Assembly: GCF_006345805.1 (NCBI RefSeq)
Contig: NC_042997.1
Location: forward strand, 151,466,001-151,530,000
From: Octopus sinensis
Lineage: Eukaryota
DNA: 64,000 nucleotides
Reading direction: 5' to 3'
Part shown: in pieces, positions 53,712 through 64,000 of the stretch
How the letters are laid out: each line of letters begins with the position of its first letter
Numbering within the stretch: position 1 is the first letter of the stretch
Program-made: the position numbers and the translations under genes
Notes under the pieces: generated by a model
What the model was told of the DNA's origin: nothing
Database searches by the model: none
The model's input: the letters and a program-made list of their open reading frames with translations, nothing else

Positions 53712-54994
53712 CGAGGGGCGTTCAATAAGTAATGCTTCTGACCCACTTCCCATAGCAGTAGCGCAACGAAACTTGGCACAGTTATTAGTCTTTTTCTACC
53801 TAGAAGCACCCAGAGTTACGCATTTCTCCCATTGTTTGATGCAGCTCTGGAGACCGTTTTTGTAGAAGACCCCAGCTTGGTCCTCCAACCACGACGTGAC
53901 TTCAGAAATCAAGGCTGCATCATCTGGGAAACGCTTTCCTTTCAAAAACAACTTCATGGCTGGGAAGAGGTGAAAATCCGAGGGTGCAAGGTCAAGAGAG
54001 TAGGGGCATGGGGGAGGAGTTCATAGCCGCACGCCTGTGCTTCTGATATGGCGACCATCGATTTGTGGACCGGAGCGTTGTCCTGCAGGAGGAGGATGCC
54101 TTTGCTGATCTTGCCCCGCCTCTTGATTTTGATAGCTTCTCTTAATTTCATCAAAAGTGAAGCATAATAGGCTCTTGTAATTGTGGTACCCTTTGCCAGG
54201 AAATCTGTCATCACTACTCCATCCTGGTCCCAGAAGACTGTGAGCATGACCTTGCTAGCTGAGGGCTGCACCCTTGCCTTCTTTGGAGGAGGTGAGTCAC
54301 GGTGCTTCCACTGCATTGACTGGGCTTTTGTCTCTGGATCATAGTGATGGGCCCAGGTTTCATCCTGTGTAATCAGTCTTTTGAAAAATTTTGACTCATC
54401 TTCTTGGCACATCTCCAAATTCGTCCTCGAGCTCTCGACGCGTTCTTGCTTCCGGAAAGGTGTGAGCAACCTGGGAATCCATATGGCAGACAGCTTTTGC
54501 ATACGCAAATGGTCATGAATGATTGGTTTCCACAGACCCGGTACTAATCTTGACCTCATGGGCTATTTGGCGAATAGTTATGCGTCGATCTTCCAAAATG
54601 GCAGCCTGAACTTGATGGACAGATGCCTCATCAATAGCAGTAGGGGGCGACCAGATCTGGGAGCTGTTTCCACAGAGTTCCGACCATGTTTGAATTCACA
54701 ATGCCAGCGTTTTACAAGGTCATATGATGGGGCATCATCACCATAAGTTACTTTCATTTCATCAAAAGTCTCCCGTGGTGTGCGTCCTTTCAAATATAAA
54801 AAGCGGATCACTGCTCGACACTCAACAGGCTCCATTTCACACTTGACTCAGTTCAAACACCTGTAAATCAGAAACCACAATTAGTTCATATCTCCACTTC
54901 ATCTATGGAGATATGAATAATTGCACATGCAAAATTTCAGCTAGATCAAACAACTGCAAGTGGGTCAGAGGCATTACTTATTGAACGCCCCTCG
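53712..54994 (-). mobile_element. Full-length mariner (DD34D) transposon, 1283 bp, 37-bp TIRs, TA TSD
   Basis: TIR CGAGGGGCGTTCAATAAGTAATGC(T/C)TCTGACCCACTT at both ends with one mismatch; TA at 53710-11 and 54995-96. Confidence 0.96.
53790..54835 (-). pseudogene. Mariner transposase with at least three single-base indels
   Basis: MEPVECRAVIRFL..RSGRP, WIPRLLT, QDETW, QDNA and YSLDLAPSDF motifs; frame changes near 54640, 54525 and 54010. Confidence 0.9.
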
Positions 54995-55546
54995 TATGTA
55001 TTAAATAGTAAATTAAAAGAATGTTAAACCTTCGGATTGCAAGAATATAATGATTCTCTGTTTCCATATCGAATTTTTAAAACTTGATTATATCAATGGG
55101 TGTAGATACCTGAATTTCTGTATGGATACAATATTCAGTGATTTGACACGTACATGCAATTACGTGTGTTGATATATATACATGTATACATACACATATA
55201 CATACACGACAGAAGTAAATAGACACATCATAAAACATCGTTTGAAGTAGGAGAGTATTGTAGTTCGCTCGAAGCATTGTGTATTGTTTGTAAAGAATAA
55301 AAAATTTTGAATGGTACAACAATGCAATATAATACAGACAATGGACTATATACCTGTTGTAATGTAGTCATCCATAGTCTGATATGATATTTCAGAATAA
55401 TATTCCTTCTTCAGATATTCTAACGGCTTTGCTTTTTCATTTTGTGGAAGCCTCTCAGCAGTGAAGTTTATTTTAACTTATAAAGGTTTATATTGTTTAT
55501 TAATTGACATTTTTATGTTTCAGGTTCAAAATTTGACTGCTTAATC

Positions 55547-56450
55547 ATGCCACATACAAAAGAAACCTTGGAAGTGTCCGAATTTCAAATAGGATGTATT
55601 GTGGGTCAATCCGAAGGTGGACTATGTCAGAGTAAAATCGTAGAAAACCTTGGGATCCCGGTTTCTACAATTGATAGAGTGATTGTGCAATTGACCAGAG
55701 AGGAGAAGGAGTCCAGATGACCTCGCCCAGGTTGACCAGAGGCCTGTGATAGGACTCTTCGCTTCGTTAAGAGGATAATTGTCATTTCAAGGCCTCTGAC
55801 ATAGCAGAACAAGTTAATTTCAGTCCCAGAACAGCTGTCAGGTATGTCCACAAACTTGGCTACTATGGCAGAGCAGTAAGCAGGAAACCACTTCTTCGAC
55901 TAGCCAATATCAAGCGGAAAAAGATTGGTCCAGTGAGATGGTGGAAAGGCCACTAGCATATTCTGCGAAGAATCCACTGTCATATTCTGCGAAGAGTCCA
56001 GATTCGCTCTATTTTCTGACAGGAATCGGGTGTGGGTCTGGAGGCACTGTGATCAAGAATCTGACGTGAAAAGATTGCTGCCGACAATGAAACACGACAT
56101 CTATTCTGTGATGTCTGGGGAACAATTTGGAGCAATGGTTGATCAGAGTCGGTAGAGTGCGAAGGAAGCATAAACTCAGATAAATATGAGTCTGTACTGT
56201 AGAAAACTCTATTTAATCTTCTCCAGTGGGGAAATGATTAAAGAAGATGTCGTTCCTTGTCACACGGCTAAAAATATCCAAGACTGGTTGGAAGAGAATG
56301 GCATTAGGAAGCTTCCATGGTCAAGCCAGTCAACAGATATGAACTCTATTGAACAACTCTGGGGCATAATGGACAGAAAAGTTCATAAAAAGAAAAAGAA
56401 AGCATCCTATATTCGACTGGGCGAGTGACATATTTTCGTTGAAACCAGTT
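55547..56450 (+). mobile_element. Decayed Tc1-like (DD34E) transposase relic
   Basis: MPHTKETLEVSEFQIGCIVG..SKIVENLGIPVSTIDRVI HTH; FSDRNR; LPWSSQSTDMNSIEQLWGIMDRKV (compare WPSQSPDLNPIENLW). TIRs not found. Confidence 0.85.
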
Positions 56451-57852
56451 AATAAATTTAGCAAATACATTAATAACTCTCCCAAATATTGCTACACTCA
56501 TAAAGTTACATAATTGGCAAGTGTTGTTTCGCAAAATTACATACGCTCGAAATGATATTCAAACATTTAGATGTAACATTGCCGTTTGAATAAAGTGAGT
56601 GAAAAGCTCTTTTGAACAGATTATTGTTAAAAGTTGGAAACTGCTTAGACTACTTTGGTAGTCAGTGCATAAGCGCTGAGATGCACGTGCCGAAACATAC
56701 AGACCTCAGACAAGCATTATTACATGCTATGAAAAAAGAAAACTAAAGCGAATCGCCGTTAGCCAGAATATTCCCAGTCGATACTCGAAACTGTCAAAAA
56801 GCAAATTCCAGTTAACCTATCAAGCTGTCTGCCTTCGACTTTGGTATCTAATAATTATTAACGTAGATTATGTACATCGCTGAAATCTTTCAGCTTGCAA
56901 AGCGTTACTTACTCGTACTTATCTCGGGGACAACTCTAAATTTAAATTATCTATATGCTACAGAACAAAGATGGCGCTTCCTTGCAAATCCAAGCTGTTG
57001 GTGAATACTTTCCATAGCAGATAATTCTCGACTGAATTCCTACGAACGATACGAGAATAAAAAAAACCCAAAAAAAACGAAGGTTTAGGTTGGTAATAGA
57101 ACTACGCAATAAAGGAGAGGAATGAGAGAATATTTGATATTTTAGTGGGTCAGCTATAATGGAGATAGCTATGTAAATTCTTTTCGCAAGAGTATTATTA
57201 ACGACATGAACGAAGGGATATGAACGAAGGGAAATTAAAGAATCTCCAATTGATCGTAGGTTTGACTTACAGGGAGCTTACATCTTATTCAACGGCACAC
57301 GTTACTTGCATGTATAATAATGAAACTAGTTTTCTATAGAGGAAATGGCCAGATGACTTGAAGTACATTCAACATAGCTTGGCTTCGTTACTAAAAAAAA
57401 TACATAAATCGCTGTCAATTTATATTTATTTCTTACACATTAGATTAGTTTTATTTTTCTTCTTTTTTTTTGGCTTTATTTGGTTTGTATTTAATCTTTA
57501 TTTTTTACTCAAGTATTTTTTGACTTCTTCAGATTTCAATTTGCGTAGATAAATTTCAACGGAATTTGTAACATCTAATTGCTAATGCATGTTGTTGGTT
57601 TCAGAAGTATATGTGCATTTATTGAGATAAACACTGATATATTTTCGTTATACGAAAGTAACAGGCGGAAACAATATTAGGAAAGAAAAATGAGTAAGCT
57701 ATGTAAGTGACATGTAAACAAATCACTAACGCTGCTAACATATACATACCTATATGTTATACCCATACAAGAGTTATCATTTTACAGTGGATATTTCTCA
57801 ACACGTGCACGCACGCACTCACGCACTCACGCACGCACACACACATACACAA

Positions 57853-57894
<42 letters not shown>

Positions 57895-58185
57895 GCACAC
57901 AAAACATTAAAAAAATGTGGGAATTCACTGAATTTATACATACTACATTTGTGTGAAGATATATTTGCATACGTGTAGCTGTTCAAATATATCCACATTT
58001 GAAGATATATGTAAATGTGTGTGTTTTAACGTGTGTGTATGCGAGTGTATATATATATATATATGTGTGTGTGTGCGTGTGTGTGCATGTGTGTGAATAG
58101 TCGTGTACTTTTATGCATATGTTCGAGTAGCTTTGAATATATATGCAGGCTAAGCCTACATACGTACATTCATTCATACATAGAT

Positions 58186-58259
<74 letters not shown>

Positions 58260-58517
58260 CATATAAACATCTATATATATATAAATATATATGTGTGTGT
58301 GTGTATGTCTCTATATATGTACGTATGTATATAGATGCTATTACCAATGTACTCAGTGGGAATTTTGTATGTATTCTTGACATATTCCCAACTATTTCAA
58401 ACACACACGCACTCACACACGTCCCCCAAATGAACTCACTTAGCTGTCTTTCTTTCGCTTCTTCTATGCGTATGTTCATATATGCATATGTGTGCATATA
58501 AATACGTCCATACATAT

Positions 58518-58550
<33 letters not shown>

Positions 58551-61500
58551 ACACATATATATATATATATATAAGAATGTAGAGGCATGTCTGCACTAGT
58601 GTGCATATGTGTGCATTTGTAATGTATGTATGCATGATTGTACATCAGTAAATATGCCATGATGAAATCATTTAAAAGCACCTTAAGTATATACAAACAC
58701 AGAAGAGTGAAGAGAGTGAGAGGCTTAGTTTGATAGGGGAAAAAGAAATGTGTAGAATATATAGAAAAGGCAAGAGAATAACTGATGGACACGCATAACA
58801 CATGCCAAAACATACATATACAAACTCCGTACGAACGGACGCATACATGCACGCACATGTAAACACTAAAGGCAAAGAAAAAGAGATGAATCTAGAGAGG
58901 GAAAAAATCGTAGGAAGAACGAATCAATGTTATGCCAAAATGTACTTTTATACTTTTACAAGGCAATGTTCAATCTCGTAATGGAAAACTTCGCGAATAT
59001 CTAAGACTGCAGCCTCCGTTCCACTCCGTAAGATACTCGACAAGACATAAATTATCATTCTACTGCTCTCGAGGGATTTCCAGGATTTTTTCTCAGCACT
59101 TTACATCTTTAACCAATATATGTACTCATTCATGAATATGTAGGTATACTGTGTTTTGGTCTGGTTTTTTTTTTGCTATATGTACATGTATATATATTTT
59201 TTTAAACTTACTAAAGCATTTTGAATTATTAGTGGCGACATTTTTCCCTCTAGGTATTTAATTCATGATCAAGAAGGAAAAAATTTCTATTTAAAAGATT
59301 ATCTTTTCTTCTAAACCACATATCCTTAATGTTGATCGTAGATTATGGTATAAATGGGATTACATACACCAGAATATTCAAAAATAATGGAAGACAGCGG
59401 CGCAAATGGTCTACATTTGTTTAAACTTTATACACAAACAATGATAGTATTTGCCTTCTGAAGATTTATCACTTGATCTCCATCATTTATTCTCACTACT
59501 AACAATTATGGGTTTGCCTGACTCTAAATCGAACACAAATCTCAGCATCATTGTCGATACGAAGTTTCGGGTTCTCTCCCAGTGCGCTGAAATTTGGTAT
59601 GTGATCATAACCTCGAGCCAACGAAAGCATTTTGAATGACATTTGGCGAATGCATTTTGAGTGAACTGTATAGTAGCATATTAGATATATGGTTCATGTC
59701 ATCGATTGATTGTCTAATCTCTCATCCTGTTTAACAATGCCTCTTGGACTCTTGGTCACTTTAGAGTTGTACACTATGTCCCATTCTTCAGGCTCGGCCT
59801 ACAGATTTGAAGCAATGTCCTCCCTTACACATATTAGAACTAAACATCCTGAATAACAGCACATCTTCGGCTGTGGTGTTCAAAACGAATAAAAGAAGCA
59901 AAAACAGAATGTTGATCAAATTGAGTGGAAATATTATCGCTGTTTTAATGTCAGCAAGTCAGCAGCAAATATTTAAAAGCACAAAAATTTGAATCTTGTA
60001 TCAGAATTATATATATATTATACCTCTGTTTATGCTCTGTCTTTGTTGTGTGTTTGTGTGTGAGCTGTTGCGAGGTTTATATATTACTAAGGACATTAAC
60101 TGGATTTCAAATCTCTTGTTGTCAAGTAAGCAGAAGCATGATATAGATAATAACAAATAAATCTGTTAATCATGGTGTCCATTTAATCGTTCAGCTGATT
60201 ACCTTCATGATTCGACTCGACCAGGGACTACACAACATTAATTCCTACATTGCAGTTTCGATGAACCGGAAACGTGCACAAACTCATAAAGAAATGTTGA
60301 TAGACATTTTCTTTTATTTAGTACGAATATTTCATGACTTTAGGACTTGTTTTTAGCTCCTGGTCAGCTAAGGTCCAGCAGAAACTTCTTTCTTTTTTCT
60401 TCTCTTTCTTTTTGTGTGTGTATGTATTGTCTACCATGTTGTCCTATGCATTATTATTTTGACAGTACGGCTTCATTTTATGGAAATTTGGCTGTTATCT
60501 CAAGCAGGACGTGTGCCCGTTTAAAGGTTCCCTTGTGATTTCATGAAACGAAGATATTGGTAATTATGGTGGTCTTGGATTTTCCATGGACAGAATATTT
60601 CAACTTGCTCGGCAGTTTTCGCCATACTATTCGTTGAATTATTGATCGAAATTCCTTGTCGCATTATTTTGTTTTAACAATAGCGGAAGATTCGCTCTCC
60701 TTTTCACCACAGAATTAATGTTAGTGATTGCTTGTTACTCAGAAATTCTTTTAATCCCTAGTCAAATCTTCTTTTAAACATTACCAACTGCATGTAAGGG
60801 AAATTAACATCTGTTTAAAAGGAAATAAAAGTCAATGACATGTTTGATGAGATGCCAGTCTCAGTGGAAGCTGTGCAAGCACTTGTTGATACTGTTTGTT
60901 CACATGCATCATTGATTTGTGCGTGTAGTGTTTTATTTCTATTGCAAAGCATACTTTTTCTAACAAGCCTCTTCATGTGGATCACAAACCAATTATGTCT
61001 CCTCATACACAGGCAAACACAACACAAATGTTGATAAATCATTGAAGAGAAATAATAATATAAATGAAATCGAATACATTAAATTATGATATTTTTTCTC
61101 GTTTTCTTCTTATTTACTTTTATGGAAGCAATTTTGCCACTGACTGGATTGTTCAGGCACCGAATTAAACAAATGACAAGGTAAAAAAATTAAGGATACA
61201 CTTTTCCAAAATATCTTCGTCGTGGAAATACAAGAACAACTCAACCATTAAACTTAGACTGGAATTGTATCTCAGGGAGACGTTTTCCAAGTCTGGATGT
61301 CTCACACTTTATCGCATTAGTGCCTGTGTCATACGATCAAAATGCGTGTCTCTCACAAGACACACCGATCTAGCTTTAGATCACGGATCAGTAAAGTATG
61401 CTATTGAAAATGGCTGAAACAAGAAAATACTACAATGAGGGAGTTTGAAGGAAATTGATACACACTACTTCAACCAGCAGCCCATTCACATTCAGATTCT

Positions 61501-61743
61501 GTCATATTTTATAAAAACGAAGGGCGTTTAAACAAAAATATTCTGGAGTACAGTATGCTTACAAAAGATACACAGTATTTTATCATAGGTTTCTTAAACA
61601 TAAGTTGTCTAAATGCTAAATGCTAATACCAATTTCCACGAGTTTCTCCGCGTCCAGAGTTTCAGTACGAAATTACAGCTAAATAATATGATCGCAACAT
61701 TTTGTAGCAGAAAACTAAGGATACATTAGATAAATTACTATCT

Positions 61744-62992
61744 GGTCATTAAGCATGAAATGTCTGATTTCGAACTGAAAGTTTATTTTACTTTATCTCA
61801 ACAAAAAGCAATGCAGTTAATGAAAATATGCAGCTTAATTATCAACAAATTTTGTCTTTTATTTGTAGTTTATTTATGCCGACAGCGAAGAACTCTGGAG
61901 AGCACGAGGTGATGATATCACGAAAGACTGTTTTTGCATCTTCAGATTTGAAATTTTTTCCTTGCAAAAAGTTGCCTAATGCCTGGAAAATGTGATAGTT
62001 AGTTGGTGCAAGGTCTGGTGAATATAGTTGATGACAGAGTGCGTCTAAGTTCAGTTCCTGTAACTTCAGTAGCGTTCTTTGTGCATCATGTGGCCGAGCA
62101 CTGTCTTGCAAGTGAACTGGCTTGTCTCTACTGACCAATCTCGGTTGTTTAATGATTAGTTCATTCATCATTTTATTCAATTGGTCGATGTATACATCCG
62201 CTATAACTGACTTACAAGGTATCATGAAGGTGCAGTGGATGACACCAGCGCGGGACCACCAAGCAGATATCATTAACTTTTTTTAGAGAATATTCTTTTT
62301 TGGATTGTGTTTTGGCACTTCGTCTCTATCCAACCACCGTGCAGAACGCTTGCTATTGTTGAAAAGAATCCATTTTTCATTACACATAACAATACGATGC
62401 AAAAATTGTTTTATACCGTGACAGCAAATAACAAGTTTCAAGATGACATGTCATTTGATGCTCGCTCAGTTCATGTGGTACCCGCTTGTCCAGCTTCTTT
62501 ACCTTGCCGATTTGTTTCAGATGGTGCAATGCGGTGGGAATTGAAACATCAAACTTTGCTGCTAACGCATGCGTAGTTTGAGATGGATCCGCCTCCACGA
62601 CAGTTTCCAGCTCATCATTATCCACCTTGGTCTCAGGTCTATCACGTGGCTGATTTTCAAGAGTAAAGTTACCAGACCGGAACTTCTCAAACTATCGACG
62701 TACAGAGCGCTCATTCGCCACATCTTCACCAAACATTTCATTCATGGTTCGAGCTGTCTAGGATACATTGGCTCCACGACGGAACTCATATTCAAAAGTA
62801 ACACGAATTTTTTTATTTATCCATGAGTCCACAAAAATTGATTTACAGGAGAAAACTCACAATATAATCAGACACCATGAATTGCATTTCGAAAACTTAT
62901 GAATTAACTCTTCAGTGACGTAAAACAAAGAATTGCCATGATAAAACAAACTTGTTTCATAAGAAAATCGGACATTTCATTCTTGGTAGCCT
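61744..62992 (-). mobile_element. Decayed mariner (cecropia/Hsmar1-like) transposon
   Basis: Transposase fragments from ATG 62824: FEYEFRRG, LDKRVPHELSE, LQDSARPH and YSPDLAPTNYHIF; degenerate TIRs AAG.ATGAAATGTC.GATTT at about 61750-61770 and 62965-62985. Confidence 0.9.
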
Positions 62993-63239
62993 TGTCGATA
63001 GGCTATATTTTGAATATAATAGCATGGCACATTTTACATGATAGAAGAAGTTGATCATGGTCAAGCAGAGACTGAACATTAGCAGCTTCAACAAGTATTT
63101 GTTGCTCTTATTCTCTCTGTTGATTAGTCTAAGATATTCAATTTGTAAATATGACTTATTTAGAAGAATGAATGACTACTTCATCTAATGTACTTTTCAT
63201 CATTGACTATTCACAACTTTCAGTCGTTGGACTGTTGTC

Positions 63240-63400
63240 ATGCTCCAGCACCGCCTTGAGAGATCAGTCGAACAGATAGACCCCCCAATACTTACTTTTA
63301 AACTCTACACTTATTCCATCGGTTACTTAGGCCGAACCAATATGTTACGGGAACTTAAACAAAACAACACAAGTTTTCAAGCGGTAGTGAAGCGGAAACA
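63240..63400 (-). mobile_element. SINE 3' tail fragment (related to the CORE-type tail)
   Basis: CATGCTCCAGCACCGCCTTGA...GGCCGAACC..TATGTTACGGG. Confidence 0.55.
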
Positions 63401-63488
63401 ATAACACAAAGACTTACATACTCATACACGCGCATACACTCACACAGGTATATGTATGTATGTACTTATATATATGTATATATATGCG

Positions 63489-63528
<40 letters not shown>

Positions 63529-63605
63529 CATACATATACATATACATACATAATACACACACATACAGACACAGACACAGACACACACATGCAGACACAG
63601 ACACA

Positions 63606-63689
<84 letters not shown>

Positions 63690-63692
<3 letters not shown>

Positions 63693-64000
63693 GAGTAAGT
63701 GCATAAATGGCAAACAAGGTGGAAAAAATAGTATTCGAATACCGGAGGTAGAGTAACGTGCATTTTTTTTCAAAGCAGCAAAAACATCAAAGGAACCTGC
63801 TGCTCAGTGTTCACGTTCCCATTCGTCGGGCAATTGCGATCAAGATTCTTGATCACAACTGCCTGACGAACAGGAACCTGAAACTCTCAGTAGCAGTTTT
63901 TTTTTATGTTTTTGCAGCTTTAATAATAAAAAAAAAAAGCATATTACTCTACCTCCGGTATTCAACTACTATTTTTTCCACCTTGTTTGGCATTTATGTG
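63690..64000. mobile_element. Palindromic element after (TA)n with two outward-facing hammerhead motifs; runs off the window end
   Basis: Arms CATAAATGGCAAACAAGGTGGAAAAAATAG..TACCGGAGGTAGAGTAA and their complement; centre GATCAAGA-T-TCTTGATC at 63838-63854. Confidence 0.88.
63857..63898 (+). ncRNA. Minimal type I hammerhead ribozyme motif
   Basis: AACUGC-CUGACGA-ACAGGAACCU-GAAA-CUCUCA-GUA-GCAGUU: perfect 6-bp helix I, intact core, GUA triplet; helix II damaged in this arm but intact (AUG-GGAA-CGU) in the opposite arm. Confidence 0.7.

Noticed and set aside
57205-57233. ATGAACGAAGGGA direct repeat
   Set aside because: Ordinary local slippage duplication.
60275-60295. CGAUGA-ACCG-GAAAC hammerhead-like string
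   Set aside because: No room for helix II and no helix I.

Overview
AT-rich, microsatellite-saturated metazoan DNA. The repeat families and (TA)n/(CATA)n/(TCTA)n/(TAA)n arrays look like octopus (coleoid cephalopod) intergenic or intronic sequence; this is pattern recognition, not a database hit. No host protein-coding exon, rRNA, true tRNA or CRISPR array can be supported, and nearly all short ORFs in the track are microsatellite read-throughs. Contents: (1) two recent, decayed R4/Dong-like RT + restriction-like-endonuclease retrotransposons in (TAA)n, in inverted orientation (138-3544 minus; 9564-13738 plus), plus older relatives and a HERO-like relic; (2) two Penelope-like GIY-YIG relics; (3) two mariner elements and a Tc1 relic; (4) several tRNA-derived SINE families; (5) many fold-back/palindromic structures and a 1.84-kb tandem duplication; (6) a 100-N scaffold gap. 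The most interesting signal is a set of short non-coding elements next to (TA)n tracts that carry minimal type I hammerhead ribozyme motifs (CUGANGA...GAAA with palindromic helix III). They fall into at least five apparently distinct families. In two of them the element is a head-to-head palindrome whose centre lies just 5' of the ribozyme core. I interpret these as Penelope pseudo-LTR/retrozyme-like non-autonomous elements. All alignments and folds were done by eye, so coordinates are approximate to a few bases.
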